Position numbers and translations under genes: made by a program. Source: Thermoplasmata archaeon (GTDB lineage: Archaea; Thermoplasmatota; Thermoplasmata; GCA-020350865). From it: a stretch of DNA of 64,000 nt. The notes under the pieces are model-generated. The model saw only the letters and a list, made by a program, of their open reading frames with translations. It did no database searches and was not told where the DNA came from. The stretch lies in contig CP070751.1 of NCBI GenBank assembly GCA_020348445.1, forward strand, positions 375,772 through 439,771. Reading direction: 5' to 3'. Positions 13,001-20,978 of the stretch are shown piece after piece. Each line of letters begins with the position of its first letter. Position 1 is the first letter of the stretch.

Positions 13001-16000
13001 GTATCCCCGGAAAGCGGAGGTACCTCGACCTTCCCGAAAAACCAGCTTTCAGTCAAGCCAACACTGGTGCCTGTGGGTTGTATCTCAAAGTACCTGCCTG
13101 AAGAATCGAGGCTCACCAAGGTGTATTGTATCTTCAATTGGCTGCCCTGAAATATGTCAGATGGTTGAAGGGCCATGGCATCCACTCCCACATCCTCGAA
13201 GTCGCCATCATCGTTTAAGTCGATGTACACCTCGTCAAATAGGCCATCTGAATCTAAATCAGAAACTACGGCATCCCGTAAATTCCCCTCCAAAAGTGCA
13301 CTACCTGAGAACCAATGGCTGATCGTTATGACCGTGTCATTTACATCATAATTTACACCATCGTTTACACCTACACCGTCACCTAGATTGTCGTACGATT
13401 GAACATGATATCTGTAGGTGCCGAGGACCACGAATTCTCCTCCCAGATCACGGATTACTTCATCGTTGTCCACTTGGCTTATTTGATCCCCTACATCTCC
13501 GGGAGGTTCGGCAAATATGTCGTCATCTGTGGTAATTTCCATGTAATAGTTATAGAGTCCTTTGGATTTAAAATCAGATAATGCGAATTTCATACCGTCG
13601 ATATTCACAATTCCATCACCATCAACATCTATGGTGAAAGCACCAACATACCACTCAACGCTCAATATCCGAGCATCGTACGAATCCACGATCCCTGGAT
13701 TGTTTCTGAACTCCACACTAAATAACAACGAATCGCCCAGGGTGATGTTGGAGGATGCTGTAATTAGTTCGTCGTTAAGATTATTGGTATCGTCATAATA
13801 GTCCACGATACCGTCCATAAGGGTACCTTCGTCAGTTTCCCTGAATGTGGCGTCGTTTATTGACATGTCCATTGTATCGTAAAGTCCGTCTGAGTTCACA
13901 TCAGTCAGGAAGTAAAGCACTTTGTCATCCTGGATTCCATCGTCATCCTCATCATCGGCATCTATTTCAAATGAGCCATGGTACCACTCGTAAATCAGTA
14001 TCTGCACGTCATTCTCATCTGACTCTGGTGTTGAATCGAAGTTAACTTTGAAAAGCAATGAATCTCCCAATGTCATGCTCGCGTTTTCAGTTACCCGCTC
14101 ATCGTTGTTGTTGTCGTCTGGATTTTGGTAATTTACGATGTCATCTGATAAGGATCCAGAGCCGGTCTCTCCAAAATCCTTATCCTCTATGGAGATGTCC
14201 AAGGTTTCATATATCCCGTTGGAGTCGGTATCTGACAAGACAAAATAAACCTCGTCATCTGCTGCGCCATCGTCGTCTGCATCTATTGTAAATGCTCCTT
14301 CATACCACATACTGCTTCCGATCCTGATATCGTCAGAATCCTGATTGGGGGCGTCGTCGAACTCCACCAAGAATGTATATATATCTCCTAATTTGACGTA
14401 TGCTGATGCTGTTATTTGCTCATCGTTGGTGTTGTCCGATTCATCAAAATCCACATAATTATCGTTTAAATCCCCCTCTCCATAGGTCTCATCCCCTATG
14501 GAGATTTCCAGAACCTCGTACAAACCATCAGAATCTGTATCCACGAGCACAAAATGAACATTGTCATCTGCCAATCCATCATCGTCGCAATCGATTTGAA
14601 GATCCCCTTCATACCATTCTAAGCTTGTGATTCTCGCATCATCAGAATCCAGGTTCGGGCCCGAATCAAATTCACAAGAAAACAAGAAATAAATCCCCAA
14701 TGTGATGTTCGTTGTTGCTGTGATTTGCTCATCATTTGAATTATCGCTTGTTGAAAAATCTACTATGAAATTACCAAGATCCCCTTCCCCGTAAACCTCA
14801 TCACCCATCGATATATCCATGGCCTCGTATATTCCATCTGAATTCGTGTCCGTAAGGACATAGTAGACGTTGTCCGCTTCCACAATGCCGTCTCCATTTC
14901 CATCGATTGTGAAGGTTCCCAAATACCACTCGTTGCTTTTAATTCTCGCATCTTTGGAATCTGTTGGAGGGGCAGCGTCAAAATCAACTGAGAACTCCAG
15001 CAGATCTCCCAAATTAAGGAATTCGGAGGCTGTTATGCGCTCATCATCACCTGTTGTCACATTGTCGTTATCCAGAGTTCCCTGACCATAGGTCGCATCC
15101 AATGATAAGTCCATTGTGTCATATGTACCATTGGAATCTGTGTCCGTCAAAACAAAATAAACCTTATCATCTGCAGCACCGTCGTTGTCTGCGTCGATTG
15201 TGAAGCTGCCTTCGAACCATTCTAGACCCTGAATCTGAGCATCGTTTGTGTCCACATTGGGTGCTGAGTCAAATTCACAGGTGAAATTATAAAAATCACC
15301 CAATTTGATGTTCCTGGAAGTTGTTATTTGCTCGTCATTTATATTGGCAGTTTCGCCAAAATCCACATAATTGTCATTTAAGTCACCCTCGCCATAATCT
15401 TTATCCCCGATTGAAATGTCCATGACCTCATACAATCCTTCAGAATCTGTATCTGAAAGAACAAAATATACATCGTCATCGGCGAGCCCGTCCCCGTCGG
15501 CATCGATTGTGAATGCTCCTTCATACCACTGGTTGCTTGTTATTCTGGCATCCACGCCATCCAGATTCGGGGAGCCATCGAAGGCAACAGTAAATTGGTA
15601 ATGATCACCCAGGATGATTTTTACAGATGAAGTCAAGCGTTCATCGTCCATGTTGTCACTTTCGCTGAAATCCACGGTGGAATTGCTGATCCCTCCCTCT
15701 CCATAAACCTGATCGCCCATTGATATGTCCATAGCCTCGTACATTCCATCTGAATCTGTGTCCGAAAGGACATAATAGACGTTGTTTGCCTCCACTGTTC
15801 CATCACCATTGCCATCTATTGTGAATGTGCCCAGGTACCACTCGTTGCTTGTTATTCTGGCATCATCGGAATCCAAAACCGGTGAGAAATCAAAATCCAT
15901 CTCAAATTCAAAGGAATCGCCAATTGTTACGAATCCAGAGGCTGTTATTTGCTCATCATCAACTGTCGTCACAATATCGTCGTCTAAGGTTCCCTGACCA

Positions 16001-18828
16001 TATGTCATATCAAATGATATGTCCATGGTGTCATAGGTGCCGTTGGAATTGGTATCTGACAAAACAAAATAAACTATATCATCTGCCGCGCCGTCGTCAT
16101 CTGCATCGATTGTGAAAGTCCCTTCATACCACTCTTTGCTCGTGATTTGAGCATCGTTTGTATCTACATTCGGTGCTGCGTCAAATCCCACTGTAAACAG
16201 ATAATAGTCACCTAAAGTGATATCTGTCTGGGTTGTTATGCGCTCATCGTTTGTGTTGCCTGTGGCTCCGAAATCAACAGAATTGTCGTTAACATCACCC
16301 TCATCATATTCTTCGTCTCCAATTGAAATGTCCATGGCTTCATAAAGTCCATCGGAGTCTGTATCAGAGAGGACATAATAAACATCATCATCTACAAAAC
16401 CGTCACCGTCTGCATCCAATGCGAAAGTTCCTTTGTACCATTCGGTGCTCATAATACTGGCATCGTCCGAATCCACATTGGGCCCCCTGTCAAAATCCAC
16501 GAGAAACTGGTAATAGTCCCCTAATGTGATATTTGTGAAGGCCGTAATAAGCTCATCATCAGTGTTGCCTGTGGTTCCGAAGTCAACTATAAAATTGCCG
16601 ACATTCCCCTCTCCATAAACCTCATCACCAATGGAAATGTCCATGGCATCGTAGACCCCGTCTGAATTGGTGTCGGAAAGAACAAAGTAAACATTCTGCG
16701 TCTCCACAGTCCCGTCTCCGTCCCCATCTATTGTGAAGTTTCCTTTGTACCACTCATTACTTTGAATTCTGGCATCGTTCGTATCTACTGTGGGTGAGGA
16801 ATCAAATTCAACTGAAAACTCCAATGAATCACCAAGTGTAAGAAAATCCGAGGCTGTTATTCCCTCATCATTTCCCGTGGTAACGTTGCCGTCGTCCAAA
16901 TCCCCCTGGCCATAGGTGGAGTCCAAAGATAGATTCATTGTATCATATACACCGTCTGAGTCCATGTCAGATAAAACAAAGTAAATTACATCGTCTGGGA
17001 GACCGTCATCGTCGGCATCTATTTCGAAGGTGCCGTTGTACCATTCCTTGATCTGAAGTGTGGCATCAGGATTTGTGGAATTTGGGTTGTTAATAAAATT
17101 TACTATAAAAAGATAGGTATCAAGTGTTGCATTCATTCCAGACATGTCTATTTGCTCATCATTGTCTGTTGAGGTAGCATCATCGTCCAAGGTCCCTTCT
17201 CCAAAGACATCATCGTCAGTGGATAGATCTATTGTGTCGTAGATGCCGTCCGAATCAGAATCTGAAAGCGTATAATTCACGTACTCTGAGCTTCCGATGA
17301 TGCCATCTCCATTTACATCGATGTTAAAGGAGCCTGTATACCATTGGGTGGAGTTAATCCATGCATCTTGGGATGTTGCAGATGGATCTGATGTGAAATT
17401 AACTGTGAAGTTGTAGATACCCAAAATCACGACTTCCTCGTCAGTAATACCCTCGTCATTACCTGGACCCAGGAACTGGTCGCTTCGATCCCCGTCTACA
17501 AAACTCGAAGGATCCTCATAAGAGAGGTTCATTATATCGTAAACCCCAGTCGTTGTATTGTCAGTTAATACAAAGTATATCACATCATCGTAAACTCCAT
17601 CGCCGTCATCATCCCCCTCGATTGTAAACCATCCTACATACCATGTATTAGATTTGCTCCCAGGAGCACCATTAGGCTGTATTCCAGTACTGGTTGTATC
17701 TGTGGAATTTATGGAAATTATAATGGATCCCGAGGGGGATGTTAACGTTGCCGTGGCAACGCTGGTTTGGTTCGTGGGGTATATAAGGCCGTTGGGTTTT
17801 GTGTTGTTTGCCTGGGTATCTGAGGTTTGAGGGGATATAGATGCAGTTGTGCCCGAAGGAGGTGTATTTATATCCTGAGTATCTGACCTCTGGGGATTTA
17901 CAGTTGCAGAACCTGATGGCGCCGAATTTGTAGCAATGGTATCGTTGGTCTGGGGAGTTATGCCCGCAGAGCCTGAGGGCTGCGAATTTGTATCAGAAGT
18001 GTCTGCGGTCTGAGGTGAAATCGAAGCAGTCGAGCCAGATGGATCGGTATTTGTGGGCGTGGTGTTTGAATCCTGAGAATTTATGGTTGCAGTTCCTGAG
18101 GGTGCGGAATTTGTCTCAGTTGTATCCCCGGTCTGGGGATTTATCCCCGAGGCTCCTGTAGGTTGCGAGGCCACTCCAGTTGAATCTGCAGATTGGGGTG
18201 TAATGGATGCAGAGGAACCTAGAGGCTGGGTATTTGTATCGGTGCTGTCTGAGTTTTGAGATGAAATGGTTGCGGTGCTTCCAGAAGGTGGGAGATTGGT
18301 TGCCGTGCTCTCTGTGCTCTGGACGTCGGTTGCGGCGGAGCCAGAAGGCTGGGTCGTCGTCATTAGCGAGTCATTTACCTGGGGGTTGGATAAGGTTATG
18401 CCTGTAAGTGGAGTGTTGAGGGCAATGGAATTGTCGTTTTGATAGTTGTTCGAAATACCCAGATTTGATGGCTTAGTGTTTTGGGCTTCCGAATTGCTGA
18501 AAATTGGTGCTGAATCAGTAACACCTGTTGGTTGCGACAATATGGAGGTGGATGTAGTCCAAGTTCTCTCTGTCTCCATTAGCAAATCGCTTTGGATCGT
18601 GGTAATTACGTTGGGTGTGTCAACATCTATGTAGTTGTATAACTCCACCCTGGCTTGACCCACAGGATAGCCATTGGAATTGTATACTGTTCCTGTGATT
18701 TCGCCCCCTTTTGCGGCGCTTGCTGTTGGTGCAATAGCCATCAACACCACAAGAATTATCGCTCCTATCAGAGAGCCTTTCTTCCCTATTCTAGCAAAAG
18801 CTTCATTCATACCATGATAATTCGCCAT
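7024..18828 (-). CDS. Giant (3934 aa) membrane-anchored surface protein: split carboxypeptidase-regulatory-like domain with 2-kaa insert, second such domain, 13 Ig-like domains, TSP3 repeats, TM helix, cytoplasmic Zn ribbon
   Basis: Single uninterrupted ORF; GGTGA RBS; signal peptide ending ASA; WWWWILITALIVFGIIFMFI TM; CPSC...CPHC tail. Confidence 0.9.
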   Translation of the reverse strand: MANYHGMNEAFARIGKKGSLIGAIILVVLMAIAPTASAAKGGEITGTVYNSNGYPVGQARVELYNYIDVDTPNVITTIQSDLLMETERTWTTSTSILSQPTGVTDSAPIFSNSEAQNTKPSNLGISNNYQNDNSIALNTPLTGITLSNPQVNDSLMTTTQPSGSAATDVQSTESTATNLPPSGSTATISSQNSDSTDTNTQPLGSSASITPQSADSTGVASQPTGASGINPQTGDTTETNSAPSGTATINSQDSNTTPTNTDPSGSTASISPQTADTSDTNSQPSGSAGITPQTNDTIATNSAPSGSATVNPQRSDTQDINTPPSGTTASISPQTSDTQANNTKPNGLIYPTNQTSVATATLTSPSGSIIISINSTDTTSTGIQPNGAPGSKSNTWYVGWFTIEGDDDGDGVYDDVIYFVLTDNTTTGVYDIMNLSYEDPSSFVDGDRSDQFLGPGNDEGITDEEVVILGIYNFTVNFTSDPSATSQDAWINSTQWYTGSFNIDVNGDGIIGSSEYVNYTLSDSDSDGIYDTIDLSTDDDVFGEGTLDDDATSTDNDEQIDMSGMNATLDTYLFIVNFINNPNSTNPDATLQIKEWYNGTFEIDADDDGLPDDVIYFVLSDMDSDGVYDTMNLSLDSTYGQGDLDDGNVTTGNDEGITASDFLTLGDSLEFSVEFDSSPTVDTNDARIQSNEWYKGNFTIDGDGDGTVETQNVYFVLSDTNSDGVYDAMDISIGDEVYGEGNVGNFIVDFGTTGNTDDELITAFTNITLGDYYQFLVDFDRGPNVDSDDASIMSTEWYKGTFALDADGDGFVDDDVYYVLSDTDSDGLYEAMDISIGDEEYDEGDVNDNSVDFGATGNTNDERITTQTDITLGDYYLFTVGFDAAPNVDTNDAQITSKEWYEGTFTIDADDDGAADDIVYFVLSDTNSNGTYDTMDISFDMTYGQGTLDDDIVTTVDDEQITASGFVTIGDSFEFEMDFDFSPVLDSDDARITSNEWYLGTFTIDGNGDGTVEANNVYYVLSDTDSDGMYEAMDISMGDQVYGEGGISNSTVDFSESDNMDDERLTSSVKIILGDHYQFTVAFDGSPNLDGVDARITSNQWYEGAFTIDADGDGLADDDVYFVLSDTDSEGLYEVMDISIGDKDYGEGDLNDNYVDFGETANINDEQITTSRNIKLGDFYNFTCEFDSAPNVDTNDAQIQGLEWFEGSFTIDADNDGAADDKVYFVLTDTDSNGTYDTMDLSLDATYGQGTLDNDNVTTGDDERITASEFLNLGDLLEFSVDFDAAPPTDSKDARIKSNEWYLGTFTIDGNGDGIVEADNVYYVLTDTNSDGIYEAMDISMGDEVYGEGDLGNFIVDFSTSDNSNDEQITATTNITLGIYFLFSCEFDSGPNLDSDDARITSLEWYEGDLQIDCDDDGLADDNVHFVLVDTDSDGLYEVLEISIGDETYGEGDLNDNYVDFDESDNTNDEQITASAYVKLGDIYTFLVEFDDAPNQDSDDIRIGSSMWYEGAFTIDADDDGAADDEVYFVLSDTDSNGIYETLDISIEDKDFGETGSGSLSDDIVNYQNPDDNNNDERVTENASMTLGDSLLFKVNFDSTPESDENDVQILIYEWYHGSFEIDADDEDDDGIQDDKVLYFLTDVNSDGLYDTMDMSINDATFRETDEGTLMDGIVDYYDDTNNLNDELITASSNITLGDSLLFSVEFRNNPGIVDSYDARILSVEWYVGAFTIDVDGDGIVNIDGMKFALSDFKSKGLYNYYMEITTDDDIFAEPPGDVGDQISQVDNDEVIRDLGGEFVVLGTYRYHVQSYDNLGDGVGVNDGVNYDVNDTVITISHWFSGSALLEGNLRDAVVSDLDSDGLFDEVYIDLNDDGDFEDVGVDAMALQPSDIFQGSQLKIQYTLVSLDSSGRYFEIQPTGTSVGLTESWFFGKVEVPPLSGDTYYVLLSDIDGDSIFDCADFDTDYPSDGVWDVLGLTETSGTVNLNGTMYQIINIEDSGTFIKITAFLDIILSSKNDISLTNAIHYGTISESSLSINLNQDGDMLDIYYALVVDNLLSGYYETVFIDCDEDYDLSDESMLNVGSSFSIAASLPFDPHTFVIDFINSQGKYFMFAQTNHPLDYCITSPDGEYALDAPIDGDYWISVGSSTTYWGYAILNDTNSNTGINIAGGDTIESWDQYLTQTGNFVFGYVNDSITGDSLEDVVVQVYDTLGNLVVSTETKADGSYQIAMKSNSAYDLVFSLQGYYTDDGRTTGSWQDLLILSDTYSVDVLLVPDNIAPTITLDYPKEGQTVGGTLIIQATAQDDFLVDLVEVSFDYGATYHTMTFAGGNTYTYSWDTTLHPEGMTRVLTKVTDDMGNTDTDFCDVYISNDVIPPSISIISPTDLEYIEGSYTIQIHATDNYALEYVNITLDGIVYKTALNPSSGYYEYAIDTTTLSDGLHTLSAEAWDYAKNSAQDSLATGFYVDNTPPTLSIYSPENGVTVYGTTIFIDVESVDPGIFSPTVQYRIDSGAWVTLSGSELLDWSDVWDSTTVSNGIHSITVRSYDDMVHMVSDTVTITVDNDDPRVTIVAPIGNEWIYGSYTFKVSASDDVGITNVYITVNGNDYSTGYNSASGLWEVEIDTTAMGDGYYSISATAEDGIPIHTQTTSALEFNVDNTEPVLSINSPLAGETVTGSTVSIDASSYDEGPFVPVVQYKIDSEAWITLTGSEIIGWTGSWDSTAYSNGIHTITFRAYDEIGHLVTDSITVTVDNDNPTVSISAPLANEYVQGVYTFKILASDDVGVTNVYITINSTDYTAGYNSVTGLWEVEIDTTVLGDGYYSITATAQDGIPSHTQVTSTLDFNVDNTEPVLSINSPLAGVTVTGSTVSIDADSFDEGPFVLVVQYKIDSGAWITLTGSEIEGWTGTWDSTMHSDSVHTITFRVYDEIGHLVSDSITVTVDNDNPTVSISAPVKNEFVQGVYTFKILASDKVGITNVTITINGDDYNTSYNSVSGLWEMELDTATIFDGVYSITATAKDGISSHTQTTDSVNFYIDNNEPTLSINSPQQGETVYGENVVVDVDSTDEGDFVLIVQFRIDSGNWITLPASWDSTAYSNGVHTITVRAYDEIGHVVTDSLTVTVDNDDPAASVVSPVANEYVQGTYTFKVSASDDVDVSEVHIQIHTDNYVMGYNSASLLWEVTIDTTAITDGTYGLSATVKDGIPIHTQTTISFNFYIDNNAPTLSVISPINSQILYGPSVALEANSTDSGIFVPTVQFRIDSGAWSALSGSEILGWTGTWDSTTRSYGVYTITFRAYDDIGHVVTESVTITVDNDYPVVSIVSPVANEYLQGTYTFGISASDGIGVSNVYITISGNDYATGYNSVSGLWEVLMGTTTFADGTYDLYATCEDIIPSHTQTTVPFSFNIDNTQPQLTIISPHSGDYVKGNVVMDIRGFDLFIDSVEYSVDGLGWVDNNTVWDTTFQTDGSHTLTFRAIDLAGHVAQGSIVVIVDNTDFDSDGIGDLADPDIDNDGVDNPDDPFPYDNTEWEDNDGDGIGDNMDLDDDNDAVSDLQDDFPANPNEWVDTDSDGLGNNADLDDDGDGVYDINDEFPLDDDEWMDSDSDGQGNNDDLDDDGDGIMDFSDAFPLNPDEYSDSDSDGIGDNSDMDADGDGVFNTNDAFPYNASETSDLDGDGIGDKTDYDKDGDGVANTYDRFPNDALEWRDTDSDGFGDNTDSDDDNDGTTDSRDVFPFDNSEWRDSDSDGLGDNQDDDRDGDGVLNSNNKDKFPDDPNEWEDTDSDGIGNNADWDDDGDGVADSKDYYPLDKSRSLEPFWWWWILITALIVFGIIFMFITQRKPPAVLGDEEAYLGFQKVTQRAPAQRKEREASPEVGTIVIKTKEQEEVSDRHEGKPKVDQEEIECPSCGRSFMVEVMAGPRMIECPHCGTSGTID
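7400..8345 (-). repeat. Thrombospondin type-3-like Ca-binding repeats (~33 aa, about ten copies)
   Basis: DxDxDGxGDNxDxDDDxDGVxDxxDxFPxDxxEWxD pattern. Confidence 0.85.
8345..12000 (-). repeat. 13 tandem bacterial Ig-like domains alternating A/B in a ~570-bp two-domain unit
   Basis: DNxxPxxxIxSP starts; near-identical DNA 570 bp apart (gcagaaatagaaacagtgggattatcattgtccacagtca at 9971 and 10541). Confidence 0.85.
12475..17643 (-). repeat. 17 tandem ~100-aa acidic repeats (WYxGxFxIDxDxDG...VYFVLSDxDSDGxY...GEG...DExIT...LGD..F...FD..P..D..DAxI)
   Basis: Each unit starts W(Y/F)xG; units 3-11 form three copies of a triplet; units 15-17 are degenerate. Confidence 0.9.
17644..18627 (-). repeat. 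About 16 Ser/Thr-rich ~20-aa segments ending P-x-G
   Basis: Examples STASISPQTADTSDTNSQPSG and SAGITPQTNDTIATNSAPSG; triplet periodicity. Confidence 0.85.
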
Positions 18829-19059
18829 AATATCACCAGTTTTTCCTATTAATTTCTAACAGTTTGGCGAGTCCTATCTTATGACCCATATGTTGTACCT
18901 AAACTCCGTCCCGTTTCTGGATAGAGAGGGTGATTTGTCCAGAAAATCGCTTTTTTTCCCATATTCTATCCAGTATCCTTCGATAGAGGGTAACACATAA
19001 GGATTTGTATATATATATTTTTATACTCGATTATCCAAAATGTATGAATTATTACATTC

Positions 19060-19482
19060 TCAAATATCGAACAGGACCTGGACCGTATATCCATCGCTTT
19101 TTTCGATCTTAAGAATATGGTGTGTTACAGCCTTCATCTCCGTATGATATGCATGTTTATCCTTGTTGTAATTCTCCCCTTTGGCACTGCCTCTCAAAAG
19201 CCAACTCCCCTCTTTTTCTTCTATTTCTATTTCGAACTTAGAAAACAACACGTTCTTGACAGTGTGGATGAACAAAAGCTCCGAAAGCCAGTCCACGAGC
19301 AACTGCTCCAAGTCTCTGGATTGGATATGGATCTGGTACTCCCCTATTTCCTCCACCTCTTCTATATTGGTAATGATGCTGAACATTCCATAGGCTGCAT
19401 TTTCAAAGGCCTCTGAAAGATCCTTGCCATTCGCCCTGATTCCCACATCCGCGGTGTGCTCTAGAATCTCGTATTTCTTCAT
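19060..19482 (-). CDS. Archease
   Basis: YEILEHTADVGIRA N-terminus and EMKAVTHH...VQVLFDI C-terminus. Confidence 0.95.
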   Translation of the reverse strand: MKKYEILEHTADVGIRANGKDLSEAFENAAYGMFSIITNIEEVEEIGEYQIHIQSRDLEQLLVDWLSELLFIHTVKNVLFSKFEIEIEEKEGSWLLRGSAKGENYNKDKHAYHTEMKAVTHHILKIEKSDGYTVQVLFDI

Positions 19483-19842
19483 TACTTTGCATAATTATTT
19501 TCTATTTAATAAACTCTTGCTTTTGTTAATGGTAATATTGTTCCCTCCTCTCTTGCCCTTCCTTTTTTACCCCCACCTCCCTTATCCCCTCCTCCCTTAC
19601 CCCCTCCATCGTGGCCTCTTCCATTTTCTAAATGGTATATTCATAGTCCACTTTGCCCTTAGGTTATGCGATAAAGTGTCGATATCTTAAGCCTAAGGGC
19701 TCCCACCCAAAAATATGTCAGATTAAGATGTTTACTAAAAGAATATTCATTCATTATCGCCAAATTTATATTTTATAACCGCATAACCAGAAATTAGCAT
19801 CAGAAGGAAAGGAATTTACAAAACAACAAAAGGAGATTCTCG

Positions 19843-20649
19843 ATGAACATAGGAATAATTGGATGTGGTGCCATCGGCTCCACCCTGGCCAAGGCTGCCG
19901 AGGATATGGAAGAGGTATCTGAAATATACCTCTTTGACAAGTCCCATGTTTGCTCCCGCGTGCTGGAAGATAAACTCTCCAAGGTAATATCCATATTGAC
20001 ATTCGAGGAGTTGGTAGCAAAATCGGATTTTATCATAGAGGCGGCGTCACAGGAGGCTGTTTCCCTCTTTTGTAAGAAAATCCTGGAAAAAGGAAAGGAT
20101 TTGATGATAATGAGCGTGGGGGCCCTTGTGGATGATGACCTAAGAGAGGATCTTAAAACCACTGCAAAGAAACATGATTGCAAGATATTCCTTCCAACAG
20201 GGGCGCTCTCCGGTGTGGATGGCCTTGCCTCGGCAGCAGTTTTTGGAATCGAAGAGGTGATTCTCACCACAAGAAAACCACCCTCGGCATTTTCAGATGT
20301 GGAATTTATAAAAAAAGAGGGTATTGACTTGGAGAATCTTTCATCCCCGAAAATCCTCTTTGAGGGAACAGCAAAAGAGGCGGTGAAACTCTTTCCCAAG
20401 AACGTCAATGTCGCAGCAACTGTGAGCCTGGCAGGCATGGGTTTTGAGAGGACCAAGGTGAAGATCATAGCTGATCCTTCAACAGAACAGAACCATCATC
20501 AGATAACAGTCAAGGGAGAGTTCGGCTCCATGAATTCCGAGGTTGACAACCTTCCTTTTGAGAGGAACCCAAAGACCAGTAAAATTGCCGCTGCCTCGGC
20601 AATTGCTGCTATGAAGAAAATTGTGAGCACCTACTGGGTAGGTGTTTGA
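19843..20649 (+). CDS. nadX: L-aspartate dehydrogenase
   Basis: IGIIGCGAIG Rossmann motif, IEAASQ, PTGALSGVD, FPKNVNVAAT, NPKTSKIAA. Confidence 0.93.
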   Translation: MNIGIIGCGAIGSTLAKAAEDMEEVSEIYLFDKSHVCSRVLEDKLSKVISILTFEELVAKSDFIIEAASQEAVSLFCKKILEKGKDLMIMSVGALVDDDLREDLKTTAKKHDCKIFLPTGALSGVDGLASAAVFGIEEVILTTRKPPSAFSDVEFIKKEGIDLENLSSPKILFEGTAKEAVKLFPKNVNVAATVSLAGMGFERTKVKIIADPSTEQNHHQITVKGEFGSMNSEVDNLPFERNPKTSKIAAASAIAAMKKIVSTYWVGV

Positions 20650-20667
20650 AACTACGACTTTTTGAGA

Positions 20668-20949
20668 TTATTCTTGGTTTTCCATCTGCTTTGCCAAAAG
20701 AGCCCTTGTTTCCCTGGCCAGTTTTGTGTCGTTTTTTTCAAGCTCTGCATCAAGTTCTTCTATTGAAATCTTCGTATCAAGAAAAACTATGTGATAGCTT
20801 GGTATGTTCTCGACCTGTAAAATCGCAACCTTTGTATCGTCTGTTACCTCAACACCCTTTTGCTGGGCCTGAAAATGCACAAAGGGCATGATTTCCCTTG
20901 TTACTGACGATACCTTTGTTATTGCGACCAACCTTGCTATGTAGGACAT
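20668..20949 (-). CDS. DUF749 family protein (MTH1880-like)
   Basis: PFVHFQA...VAILQVEN..SYHIVFLD...SIEEL pattern; directly downstream of hdrB, as in methanogens. Confidence 0.7.
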   Translation of the reverse strand: MSYIARLVAITKVSSVTREIMPFVHFQAQQKGVEVTDDTKVAILQVENIPSYHIVFLDTKISIEELDAELEKNDTKLARETRALLAKQMENQE

Positions 20950-20978
20950 AGAATTACCCTGTTAAAAATAAAAAAAGA

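Noticed and set aside
18915-18975. Inverted repeats CTGGATAGA / TCTATCCAG upstream of the giant gene
   Set aside because: Only 9 bp, with no second copy or recognisable function; too weak to call
19800-20468. 222-aa minus ORF
   Set aside because: Fully overlaps the well-supported nadX on the opposite strand; no motifs
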